A stretch of 64,000 nt of DNA from assembly GCA_951406725.2 (NCBI GenBank), contig OX597828.1, forward strand, positions 18,724,001 to 18,788,000. Reading direction: 5' to 3'. Origin of the DNA: Octopus vulgaris (Eukaryota). The notes under the pieces are model-generated. The model searched no databases, had not been told where the DNA came from, and saw only the letters and a list, made by a program, of their open reading frames with translations. Below are positions 37,493 to 50,159 of the stretch, one piece after another. Numbering within the stretch: position 1 is the stretch's first letter; the number at the start of each line of letters is the position of its first letter. The translations under genes were made by a program, and so were the position numbers.

Positions 37493-39342
37493 CATGTGTA
37501 TACATATGTATATTTTATATGTCAAGCCCATGCGTGTATATATGCATCACAATCTCTATATACGTATATGTGTATATATAGATATGAACATGCGTGTGTG
37601 ACGTTGTCCACTCCTCCTACCGCTTGACAACCGGTGCTGGTTTGTTTACATCCCCGTACCTTAGCGGCTCGGGAAAAAAAATCCCACAGATTAAGTACCA
37701 GACTTTAAAAAAAAAACAAGAAAGTGCTTTAAAAAAAAAGAAAAAGCTTTAAAAAGGTTTTTAAAAAAGATTTAATCGATTTGTTTGACTAAAACTTTTA
37801 AGGCGGTGCCCCTGCATGGCCGCAGTCCTATGACTGAAGCAAGTAAAAGAGGAACGATAAAAATATCAAGATCAAAATGCCGAGGAAATAAGAGATTCTC
37901 TTCAAGACTAATCCAGCCAACTCATAGCCATAATCAAAGACTGAGGGATTCAGATTTTTCAGCCAGTTCCTCTTTGGTATTCTATATCTTTCCTTCCGTT
38001 CGGGTAAAGGAAGAATGTCGTTTGTTTATTATTTGTTGTTTGTTGTTATTTGTTTACTTATTTTTGTCTCACGATTTTTTTATTCTTTTATTTCATTTTA
38101 TGTATATATTTTTTTTTCCAATTTATTGCATTCCTGAAGTCTGATGATTACACGTAATATTAGTACAACCCTAAAGGAATGTCGCCGCTGAATCTTAATG
38201 GATAAGGTAATTAATTTCAAAAAAGAAACTAAGAAATTCTTTTAGAAAAGTGAAAACGAAGACGGTATATATATAATTACACTATGGCACTTCAATCTTA
38301 AAAATCTCCTCTTATCAACGGATCTAAAAGCATCTTTGTTAAAGTGCAAGCCAATCGATAACGCTTCGTCTTCGCGTTGACTCATCTTGTTACACACACC
38401 TACAACTCGACAGTCCTTTTCCCGTTCGAACTGAAATTTTATCATTTTTTTCTTCATTTTTATCTTTTTTTTTTTTTTTACCGATACCCACTTCGGTTCA
38501 TTCATCAGGTCAGGTAGATTCCGTGAACTTATTGATTACACCTGTAAAATATGTTTCTGTGAGCGGGACTCACACAGAGCAATAAAAATTTCTTCAATAT
38601 TTGCTGTGGGGTAAAGAATTCTTTATCTGTGGGAGTTCTCTCTCATGCGTATTTCGTTTTAATCAGAATCTTATTCTAAACTCACAGCTGCATATTTGCC
38701 AAGTTTATTCACAGTATGTTGTATGAATTTCGTTCTTTTATCACCAACATCTTGTTTTCTACAACGGCAGAGAATAAAATAAGGTTTAAGGACTGCGTAA
38801 TTTCTTGCTGCATCTGTCAACTTGGGATATATGTATTATTTTCTTAATTTAACAACGAAATATCTACTGTATTCAGTCGTGCTTCGAATATTCCAATATT
38901 CCACAACGAATAGATAAACGGACAGGAATCAATATCTAGTTGTTACTGATGTTGCTATTTTTTCTCTTATTCAAATGTTAAACATGAAATGTTTATATCA
39001 GAGATCAATTGTCTCGTTCATAAATTTCACGTTTTATTCCCATAAGCTTCCAATCAATAAGTTGATATAATAAGCTTGAAATTTAAAGATGATAAATATC
39101 TCACTAAAAGATTGGATTAATTTCCCGTGAATATCAAATTATATTTTAATTAGTTCAAAGTATTTGCAAAACACGATTTGATATGTGCCAACAAACTCAT
39201 TAGAAATTTAACAACCTAAATTCATTTCCAAATGTATCCGAGTCAAAGACAGATTTTTCCTTTGTATGTAAACGAGAATTCTTTGTAGGTTTCGTCTCCG
39301 TTAATCACTTACAAAGGAAGGGTGGAATAATGGTTGCAAATT

Positions 39343-39785
39343 CTAGCACAAGGTCAGTGATTTTAAGATGAAGTGGTGTTCGTCTATTCTTTCGAAACCC
39401 AGTGCATAACTGGTACTTATTTCATCGACCCCGAAAGACTGAAAGCTAAAGTTGACCTCGGTGGAATTTGAACTCAGAAAGTAAAACACCGGAAGAAATA
39501 CCACTAAGCATTTCATCCAGCGCGCTAACAACTCTGCCAGCTCTCGCCACCTTAAAAAAAATAATAATAATAATAATAATAATAATCCTTTCTACTGTAG
39601 GCACAAGGCCTGAAATTGTGAAGCGGGGACTACTCGATTACATCGACCCCACTACATATGTTATCGACCCCGAAAGGATGAAAGGTAAAATCGACCTCGG
39701 CGGAATCTGAACTCAGAACGTAGCGACGGGCAAAATACGCTAAGCATTTGGCCCGGCATGCAAAACATTCTGTCAGCTCGCTGCC

Positions 39786-39831
<46 letters not shown>

Positions 39832-40195
39832 TAATAATAATCCTTTCTACTGAAGGCACAAGACCTGTATTTTGTTGGGAGGGGACAAATAGGTTACATC
39901 GATCCCACCCCTCAACTAGTATTTTTTTTTATATACCCTGAAAGGATGAAAGGCAAAGTCGACCTCGGCGGGATTTGAACTCAGAACGTCGCGACGAGTG
40001 AAATATCGCTAAGCATTTCGTCCAGCATGCTAAGGATTCCACCGTCTTGCCGCCTTAATAATAATCCTTTCTACTATAGGCACAAGGCCCGAAATTTTGA
40101 GGGAGGTGGGGGCCAGTCGATTAGATCAACCCCAGTACGCAACGAGTACTAAATTTATCGACCCCGAAAGGACGAAAGGCAAAAGTCGACCTCTT
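39343..40195 (-). mobile_element. Four head-to-tail family B SINEs separated by (AAT)n
   Basis: Copies at ~39343-39553, 39585-39787, 39840-40036 and 40044-40193. Confidence 0.85.
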
Positions 40196-40770
40196 AATAA
40201 TAATAATGCCCTGATGCAAATCAAGGCACTGGCTCTCATAGCTTCTGATCTTAATTGATTGGAGGTGTTATGATACACGTGTTTGACATGGAGTAAAAAG
40301 ATGAGCTACGGCAAATATTCAGTTCAGTACCAGAGATTTGCTTGTCAGTTATTTGACGTTAATCAACTGAGCATGTCCCTTGTGCATCTTTGATCACGAG
40401 CAGAAATAGTGAAGGAGCATCATAGCCATGTGTTGAGAGGAATTCTTTGGGGTTTGAATAATTCACCTCTGGAAACGAGTGTTTCGTTCAACATCCTTAA
40501 ACAACCGTTATTCAAAGGCCTTTGAGCGGGATGGGCTACTCGACCTGAAGAAAATTCTAACTGGGCCCTACCTGTAAGGTCATGCGCTGTTTATCTTGAT
40601 ATGAAATCACCATGTCGCGCACATATCATTATGATCCATGTTCCTGGTGTACCCTTATCAGACGCGTCATCACGATGGGTATATTGAGCTTCGTATATTT
40701 GTACACAAGTGTCACTTTGATGGTATGCATTGCTCTCTCACTCAATAATAATAATAATAATAATAATTTT

Positions 40771-41168
40771 GGAGTGGCTGTGTGGTAAGTAGCTTGCTAA
40801 CCAACCACATGGTTCCAGGTTCAGTCCCACTGCGTGGCACCTTGGGCAAGTGTCTTCTGCTATAGCTCTGGGCCGACCAATGCCTTGTGAGTGGATTTGG
40901 TAGACGGAAACTGAAAGAAGCCCGTCGTATATATGTATATATATATGTGTGTGTGTTTGTGTGTCTGTGTTTGTCCCCCTAGCATTGCTTGACAACCGAT
41001 GCTGGTGTGTTTACGTCCCCGTTACTTAGCGGTTCGGCAAAAGAGACCGATAGAATAAGTACTGGGCTTACAAAAGAATAAGTCCCGGGGTCGAGTTGCT
41101 CGATTAAAGGCGGTGCTCCAGCATGGCCGCAGTCAAATGACTGAAACAAGTAAAAGAGTAAAGAGTAA
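40771..41168 (+). mobile_element. SINE family A, near consensus
   Basis: Full head, body and (AGTAAA)n-like tail. Confidence 0.93.
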
Positions 41169-41703
41169 GGCCAGCAAGTTCAGGGGACGTGTTAAGTCGA
41201 TTAAATCGACACCACTGCTCAACTGGTACTTATTTTGACGCCCTTGAAAAGATGTCGCCCTCGGCGGAATTTGAACTCGGAGCGTAAAGAGCCACATGAA
41301 ATACCGCTAATCATTTTGTCCAGCATGGTAACGACTCTACCAGCTCGTTGCCTTTTCGGTGGGGTGGGTGTGGAATAAAAAAAAACCCTTCACTATAATC
41401 TGATTGTCTGTAATATGACGAGACTTTAATATCGACGCGAGTCTTTAATTCGATGCGTTTCTCAGTTTTCAGCGAAGAGAAGATGCAGCCATTTCTGTTT
41501 CTTCGTTTGATGCTTTTTTGTTTTTTGTTTTCTTCTTTTACCCCGTTCCTCAGTTTTCGTTTTGAACACATCATCATTCATCTTGGGAAGTAACGAACAA
41601 GTAGCTAATGATAGATAACCGAAACGCCACGAACAGCTTTCAATCTCTGACCCTGCCGTCGAACCATACACTTACGTATTTCTGCTTATTAGTCAGAGTA
41701 ACA

Positions 41704-42098
41704 GGAGGAGGAGGAAGTGGGGTATGAACTGGTGGTGGTGGTGGTGGAAGAAGAAGAAGAAGAAGAAGAAGAAGAAGAAGAAGAAGAAGAAGAAGAAAGC
41801 AGGAGGAAAAGACAGAAGGAAGAGAAAGAAGAAAAGAATGTAAGAAAGAAAAGGAGGAGCAAAGGAGGGAGGGGAAAAGGAAAAGAAGAGGAAGAAGAAA
41901 AACGAAGAAAGAAAGAAACGAAGGAAAAGACAGAAGAAGAAAGAAGAGAAAGAAGAAGGAAAAGAAAGAGAAAGAAGGAAAAGAAAGAAGAAGAAGAAGA
42001 AGAAGAAGAAGAAGAAGAAGGAAGAAGAAGGAAGAGAAAGAAGAAAAAGTAAGAAAGAAAAGGCGGAGCAAACGAGGGAGGGGAAAATGAAAAGAAGA

Positions 42099-42156
<58 letters not shown>

Positions 42157-42295
42157 GAGAAAGAAAGAAATAAAGAAACGAAGGAAGAGAAAGAAGAAGG
42201 AAAAGAAAGAAGAGAAAGAAGAAGGAAAGGAAGGAAGAGAAAGAAGAAGGAAAAGAAGGAAAAGAAAGAAAGAAAGAAGGAAAAGAGAGAAGGAA

Positions 42296-42367
<72 letters not shown>

Positions 42368-42393
42368 AAAAGAGAAGAAGAAGAAGAAGAAGA
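41704..42393. repeat. Polypurine (GAA/GAAA)n low-complexity tract with internal duplication
   Basis: Seen directly; a similar tract lies at 48185-48470. Confidence 0.9.
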
Positions 42394-43005
42394 ATGTCAA
42401 AAAAAAGGACGCGAGTTCATCTGAAAGTTTTCGCTCTTATCACAGATGACGTCGCAGTCGTCATCGTCGTCGTCGTCACATTACTTTTCTTTCTTTTTTT
42501 TTTCCATTTTTCACCCGAGTTTGTCTCGCTAGACAAACTAGAGTGTATAGGGTTAAGTGAAAGTGAGCAATGTGATTAATTCTTACCGAAACGAACCAAC
42601 TCTTTTCCCCTATTAATTTGTTTGCTCTGTGTCGCCCTCAATTCATCATAATAGATCATATCAATATCTCTCGTCTTCCTGACACACATTTTACAATCAT
42701 ATATGAAAAATTTCTGACAAATCTACCGAAGCTTGTCTTCTTCCCAAAATATATCTATATATATATTTTGGTGATTAAGAGATGGTACAGTGAGGAAGAC
42801 ATCTTTGTATCGTTTCTACAGACAAAATAAAGTAAAGCACAATATTATAAGTAATATGAGAATTAAGAAGTTTCGTTTTTTACTTCTATTTATTTTAATA
42901 TATGTTTCTCGAATAACTGAGTTGAGTACTTGACACAACACCGAGTTTTCGCACCGGTCGATATGAACTTGAAGCCAGACACACATACATACCTAAAAAT
43001 ATACA

Positions 43006-43380
43006 CGTGGCACTCCGTCGGTTACGACGACGAGGGTTCCAGTAGATCCAATCAACGGAACAGCCTGCTCGTGAAATTAACACGCAAGTAGCTGAGCACT
43101 ACACAGACACGTGTACCCTTAACGTAGTTCTCGGGGAGATTCAGCGTGACACGGAGTGTGACAAGGCTGGCCCTATGAAATACAGGTACAACAGAAACAG
43201 GAAGAAAGAGTGAGAGAAAGTTGTGGTGAAAGAGTATAGCATGGTTCGCCAACCACCCACCCCTGCCGGAGCCTCGTGGAACTTTAGGTGTTTTGGCTCA
43301 ATAAACACTCACAACGACCAGTTAAGGAATCCTACGACCGCAAGTACGCTGTCCTAACCACTGGGCCATTGCGCCTCCAC
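43006..43380 (-). mobile_element. SINE family C
   Basis: 15-bp TSD ACCTAAAAATATACA at 42991-43005 and 43381-43395. Confidence 0.92.
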
Positions 43381-43622
43381 ACCTAAAAATATACATACGT
43401 GTGTGTGTGTAGTCTTTCACTTGTTTTCGTCATTCGACTACGGCCATACTGGAGCACCGCCTTTAGTCGAACAAATCGACACCAGGTCATATTCTTTGTA
43501 AGCCTTGTCTCTTTTGCCGAACCGCTAAGTTACAGAGACGTAAACACACCAACATCGGTTGTCAAGCGATGGTGGGGGAGACAAACACTTATACCCATAT
43601 ACATTATATATATATATACATA

Positions 43623-43684
<62 letters not shown>

Positions 43685-43832
43685 CGCATATATGTATGTG
43701 CATATGCGCGCGCGCGCATATGTGGGTACAGAACGTCATCAAACAGTAAACATCATGAAATACGAAAGCAAATGAGTTCAATACGCAAACAACGAGAGAA
43801 ACAAATGAAAAACAGAAGTAACATAAAGAACG

Positions 43833-43895
43833 ACCCTTCGTCAGTCGTCGGCTGTCTATCTACTCCTCATTTCGAGCATTGAACGACAATATGAG
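43833..43895 (-). ncRNA. Hammerhead-like ribozyme motif with non-canonical (pseudoknotted) strand order
   Basis: Minus strand: CUCA-U-A-UUGUCG-uucaau-GCUC-GAAA-UGAG-gaguagauagacagc-CGACGA-CUGACGA-A-GGGU. Confidence 0.6.
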
Positions 43896-44226
43896 TCTTC
43901 GAAGACAGTTGCTTCCATACTCGCCAAAATAAAATTTAAGACTTATGGAGGGTCAAAGTTTGGAAAGTACAAAATAGAGGTCGTTCATCCTTAGAATTAC
44001 CAAATAGCCGGTAGTATTCCAACTCTAGGCTCAGGCATTCAACTTGTGTAATAAATAAAAGCTGAATGAATAGTCAACAGGAAGGAATACGTTTATTAAA
44101 TAGCTGTCTAAGCGTACTCCTTCCTGGTGGGCCCGAGACTATAGCAGACCACTTTCCTAAGGTGCCATGCAGTGGAACTGAACACGGTTGGGAAGCAAGC
44201 ACCTTAACACACAGCCACTCCTGTAT

Positions 44227-44258
<32 letters not shown>

Positions 44259-44334
44259 TATATATTTTTTTTTTTTTTTTTTTTTTTGTACTTGTTTCAG
44301 TCATTTGACTGTGGCCATGCTGGAGCACCGCCTT

Positions 44335-44500
44335 TAGAGTGGTGAAAGAGTACAGCAGGGATCACCACCTCCTGCCGGAGCCTCGTGGAGCTTTTAGGTG
44401 TTTTCGCTCAATAAACACACACAACGCCCGGTCTGGGAATCGAAACCGCGATCCTCCGACCGCAAGTCCGCTGCCCTAACCACTGGGCCATTGCGCCTCC
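44335..44500 (-). mobile_element. SINE family C, 5' portion
   Basis: Homology to 34240-34404. Confidence 0.85.
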
Positions 44501-44547
<47 letters not shown>

Positions 44548-44561
44548 AATACATGTACATA

Positions 44562-44736
44562 TACTCTTTACTCTTTTACTTGTTCCAGTCATTTGTCGAG
44601 CAACTCGACCCCGGGACTTATTCTTTGTAAGCCCAGTACTTATTCTATCGGTCTCTAAGTGACGGGGACATAAACACACCAGCATCGGTTGTCAAGCAAT
44701 GCTAGGGAGACAAACACAGACACACAAACATACACG

Positions 44737-44786
<50 letters not shown>

Positions 44787-44952
44787 TACGACGGGCTTCT
44801 TTCAGTTTCCGTCTACCAAATCCACTCACAAGGCTTTGGTCGGGCCGAGGCTATAGTAGAAGACACTTTCCCAAGGTGCCACGCAGTGGGACTGAACCCG
44901 GAACCATGTGGTTGGTAAGCAAGCTACTTACCACACAGCCACTCCTGCGCCT
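44562..44952 (-). mobile_element. SINE family A
   Basis: Homology to other copies. Confidence 0.9.
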
Positions 44953-45124
44953 ATATATATAGGTACATTATATATATATAATGCCACAACACAACGAAGA
45001 CTGTGCCATATGGTGAGAAATGAACTATAATAGATAAATAAAATACCGTGCAGTGGGACCGAACCCGGAACTACTTGCTCGTGAAGCGAACTCGTTAACC
45101 CACACAGCCGCACCTATTTTAACA

Positions 45125-45315
45125 CTTTTATTTGTTTCAGTTATTTGAGTGCGGCTATGCTGGAGCACCGCCTTTAGTCGAGCAAATCGACCCCAAGACT
45201 TATTCTTTTGTAAGCCTAGTACTTATTGTATCGGTCTGTTTTGCCGATCCGCTAAGTAACGGGGATGTAAACACATCAGCATCAGTTGTCAAGCGATGGT
45301 GGGGGACAAACACTG

Positions 45316-45346
<31 letters not shown>

Positions 45347-45510
45347 CACGACGGGCTTCTTTCAGTTTTCGTCTCGTCTACCAAATCCACTCACAAGGCT
45401 TTGGTCGCTCCCGAGGATATAGCAGAAGACAGTTGCCCAAGGTGCCACGCAGTGTGACTGAACCCGGAACCATGTGGTTGGTAAGCAAGCTACTTACCAC
45501 ACAGCCACTC
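45125..45510 (-). mobile_element. SINE family A
   Basis: Homology to other copies. Confidence 0.9.
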
Positions 45511-46098
45511 TATTCCGTCAGCTCAGCATTGTGTAGCATTTTGATAAAAAAAATAAGCCAGCCATGGCCATGACGTTTCCGTTAGGTACAATGGCTTTCT
45601 CGCTGTTAGTTGAAGTCGGTGCAGGTGAGACATGATGTATTTGATTGCTGTTCCATAATGGTGATGATAATGATGATAATGGTGGTGCTGGTGCTGGTGC
45701 AGGTGATGACGGTTGTGGCAGTGATGATGATGAGGATGATGTCGATGACGATGGTTATGGTGATGGTGGTGGTGGTGGTGGTAACGATGTCAATGACAAC
45801 GATGATGATGGTGGTGACGACGGCGATGATGAAGATTACAATGATAACGCTACAAATGATGATGGATAAAGATGATGATGATGCTATTGTTGATGATAAT
45901 GGGGGAAAGGGTTGCTAATGTTACTAATAATGGTAACTGTTTCAGTGATGAGGTGTTGAATGTTAATTATTTTTTACAATGCACCTCTTACTTCACCTCC
46001 TAATTATCATCATCAACATCATCATGAAAGAAAAGAATGACTGCTAAAACGGAATCAGGTGAATGACACTGTTTGGTATTTGAATGATAAACCTACCA

Positions 46099-46262
46099 GG
46101 CGTAGGAGTGGTTGTGTGGTAAGTAGCTTGCTTGCGAAGCACATGGTTCCGGGTTCAGTCCCACTGCATGGCACCTTGGGCAAATGTCTTCTACTATATA
46201 GCCTCGGGCCGACCAAAGCCTTGTGAGTCGATTTGGTAGACGGAAACTGAAAGAAGCCCGTC

Positions 46263-46310
<48 letters not shown>

Positions 46311-46333
46311 GACGGGCTTCTTTCAGTTTCCGT
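46099..46333 (+). mobile_element. SINE family A 5' half ending in a fold-back
   Basis: Head and left arm, then (TA)n, then an inverted copy of the left arm. Confidence 0.85.
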
Positions 46334-46409
46334 TTCCGAAGTCGGTGCAGGTGAGACATGATGTATTTGATTGCTGTTCCATAATGCTGATGATAATAAT
46401 GATGATATA

Positions 46410-46722
46410 AAGGGGTAAAGACCCCCTTCGGTCATGAATGACCATGGGATTGCACCTAGAAAGTTACCCTCCTAGACACAAGTCCGGGCAAGGTTGTTTT
46501 ATGGAAGACCAGCAGTCGCCCATGCATACCAGCCTCCCCTCTCCGCGCCACCAGTGTTATCCAAGGGAAAGACAAAGGTCGATACAGTTTGGCACCAGTG
46601 ACGTCGCAACTCATATCTACAGCTGAGTGAACTGGAGCAACGTGAAATAAAGTGCTTTGCTCAAGAACACAACACGCAGCCCGGTCCGGGATTCGAGCTC
46701 ACAACCTCACGATCGTAAGCTC
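46410..46722 (-). mobile_element. SINE family D (tRNA-derived)
   Basis: Minus strand: B-box-like gagctcgaatccc, then gtgttcttgagcaaagcactttatttcacgttgctccagttcactcagctgtag; 3' half shared with 12835-13000. Confidence 0.75.
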
Positions 46723-46757
46723 GATGATATATATATATATATATATATATAGCTCGA

Positions 46758-46809
<52 letters not shown>

Positions 46810-47139
46810 GTGTGTATATGTTTGTGGGCTTGTGTTTGTCCCCCCAACATCGCTTGACAACCGATGCTGGTGTGTTCACGTCCCCGTAACATAGCGGTTC
46901 GACAGAATAAGTACTAGGCTTACAAAGAATAAGTCCTGGGGGTCGATTTGCTCGACTAAAGGCGGTGATCCAGCAACTGACTGAAACAAGTAAAAAAGCA
47001 AAAGATTATTTAAGACGATTTTTCTTTTTTTTTTTTACCTCAAAAAACTTATTTCGCAAAATAACTCACCCTGGGTGCAATATGCGAAGTTGGAGTGCAT
47101 CTACTATACCCGTGCGTCTTTGCTGTTATCAAATACGGT

Positions 47140-47239
<100 letters not shown>

Positions 47240-47853
47240 CGCGTGCGTGTGAATTATGTCACCAGAATAGCCAAGTGGTTAAGCTCGTTTCGCAATCAAC
47301 AGTTCCCGGGTTCAATATCACTTACTGATGTTTTGAACAAATTTTTTTGAGGGGTGAAGGAATTTTGCATGAAGGGAGGGAGTTTTGTGGGGAGGAGGTG
47401 TGGTATTTTTTATGGTTTAGAAGGGGTTTTATGCTTTTGTTTCTTTGATTTTTGTTTTTTGTCTTTGGGAGGATATGTTTTCTTTAGATTTTGGTGATCT
47501 TCGGAGGTTTGTTGAGTTTGGGAGGGGTTCTTTTTGGAGGAGGAGGGGGGATTGTTCGTTGTTTTCACATAGCACTGGAATGAGTCATACTTTGTGACAT
47601 TGGGTAAACGAAAAATGTCTGTATAGTTTGTACCAGTGATTCAAAAACATAGCCTAGTCATAAACTGTGTCGTGCTGATTCTAAACGAGAACTATTACAT
47701 TTAAGGCTATACATGTCTGTGAAATACTCAGTCACTCATTTGTCCAACAATTCAATGAGCAAACAGCTTAGTTCGGTTAATTACTCGAAAAACAGCAATC
47801 CCCATCTTACCGTCGAAACCAACGGAGATCCATTAAGGGTAAGCAATTATAAT

Positions 47854-48290
47854 GGTTTCAAATTTTGGTTACGAGGCCAGTAATTTTAGGGGAAGAGGGT
47901 AAGTCGATTATATCGACCCAAGTGCTCAACTAGTACTTTATTTTATCGACTCCCGAAAGGTTGAAAGGCCAAAGTCAACCACGGCAGGATATGAACTCAG
48001 AACGTAATAAGTCGGAGGAAATGCCGTTAATAATTTTGTCTGACGCTCTAACCGGTCTGCCAACTGGCCACTTTAGAGTGAGTAATTATAATTCTTTCTA
48101 CTCTTAGCACAAGCCCTGCATTTTTTGGTTTAGCCGATTACGTAGACCCCAATAATAAACTGGTACTTATTTCATCATCCTTGGAAAGAAAGAAAGAAAG
48201 AAAGAAAGAGAGAAAGAGAGAAAGAAAGAAAGAGAGAGAGAGACAGAGAGAGAGAGAGACAGAGAGACAGAGAGACAGAGAGAGACAGAG

Positions 48291-48321
<31 letters not shown>

Positions 48322-48366
48322 AAGAAAGAAAGAGAGAGAGAAAGAAAGAAAGAGAGAAAGAAAGAG

Positions 48367-48437
<71 letters not shown>

Positions 48438-48820
48438 GAGAAAGAGAGAAAGAAAGAGAGAACGAAAGAAAGTCAAAGTCAAGGTCAGAGGAACTCAGTA
48501 CGGAAAGACGGACGAAATGCCGCTAAGCAATTTGTCTGGTATGCTGACTATTCTTGTTTCTTTATTGCCCACAAGGGGCTAAACATAGAGGGGCAAACAA
48601 GGACAGACAAATGGGTTAAGTCGATTACATCGACCCCAGTGCGTAACAGGTACTTAATTTATGGACCCCGAAAGGATGCAAGGCAAAGTCGACCTTCGCG
48701 GAATTTGAACTCAGAACGTAACGGCAGAAGAAATGCCGCTAAGCATTTCGCCCGACGTGCTAACGTTTCTGCCAGCTCGCAGCCTTCATGCTGACTATTC
48801 TGTCAGGTCACAACCTTTAA
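47854..48820 (-). mobile_element. Nested cluster of family B SINEs
   Basis: Inner copy 48555-48787 with TSD ATGCTGACTATTCT; cluster flanked by GTAAGCAATTATAAT. Confidence 0.8.
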
Positions 48821-49432
48821 GTAAGCAATTATAATACAAAGTATTCGGTGGAATTAATCACATCACATGATATGAGTATACAAAGTAAGAGAGAGAAATT
48901 ATTGATAAAACTCCGCGAGTTTCTGGAATACTCAGCCAGGCATTTGCTCTATATAATTCAATGAGCAGACAGTTCCGTTAATTAGTTAGTCGAAACCGAC
49001 GGAGATCCATTGAGATTAAGCAATTATAACACAAAGCATTCGGTAGAATTAGTCACACGACATGAGTGTAGAAAGCAACACAGACAGACAAATGATTCAT
49101 GGCGTCTTTTGTTAGATCATGGACGGATCTGCGTTCCGGAAGGTGTTATACAGAAAGGGAAAAGACAATTTGCTTTCAAGACGACAGTCTCAGGTTATAG
49201 TGGGGAATTTCCCTGTCACAGAAGAAAGAAGGTTATCATTATTATTATTATTATTATTACAATAGAGGAATTTCTATTTTTCTTTCTCATCGCTATCTGT
49301 ACCTGTTTCCTTTTATATTTCTTCTGTTTCATCTTTTTCTTTGACGGGTTCTTTTAAAATTTTATTTTTTTTTATTATTTAAATTCTCTTAGAATAATAG
49401 TAATAATAATGAAAATTAGAATAAAAATAATG

Positions 49433-49472
<40 letters not shown>

Positions 49473-49554
49473 GTCGGCAGTTACTAACTGACATATATAT
49501 TCACGAAACACTCGGGCCTTGAGTCACTAAGTGAATTCTGCCGATCGAAAATTT

Positions 49555-49589
<35 letters not shown>

Positions 49590-49593
<4 letters not shown>

Positions 49594-49940
49594 CTTGCTT
49601 CCCAACCACATGGTTCAGAGTTCAGTCCCGCTTCATGGCACTTTGGGCTAGAGTCATTAGCTATATATTCTAGTCGACCACCGTACAATTCGTAGAAGGA
49701 AACTGAAAGAAGCCCACCGTGTGTGTGTGTATGTATGTGTGTGTGTGTGTGTTTATCTGCCACCACCGCTTGACAACAGGTGTTGGTTTGTTTACGTTCT
49801 GGGAATTTAGCGTTTCGGTAAGAGACCGATAGAACAAGTACCAAGCTTTAAGATAAACACTAGTTTTGACTTGTTCGACGAAGCCCTTCAAGGAAGTGGC
49901 CCAGCATGGCCACAGTCCGATGATTGAAAGAAGTAAAAGA
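49590..49940 (+). mobile_element. SINE family A, diverged
   Basis: Homology to other copies. Confidence 0.75.
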
Positions 49941-49963
49941 TGTACCTGTGTGAATGTATGTGA

Positions 49964-50007
<44 letters not shown>

Positions 50008-50111
50008 TAATTTATAATTATATAATTATAAATTGATATAAAATGCTACAGGTAAGTTTTTTATTTCCTGCTGGTCACTTAATAAAATCATTAAAATTAT
50101 CCTTAATTTTA

Positions 50112-50159
<48 letters not shown>

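Noticed and set aside
38480-38548. Possible minus-strand exon (ttttacag acceptor)
   Set aside because: Stops in all three frames; more like a decayed mariner end, and too weak to annotate.
41668-41705. Minus-strand GTAAGT donor-like site
   Set aside because: Upstream sequence is pure low-complexity repeat with no supportable exon.
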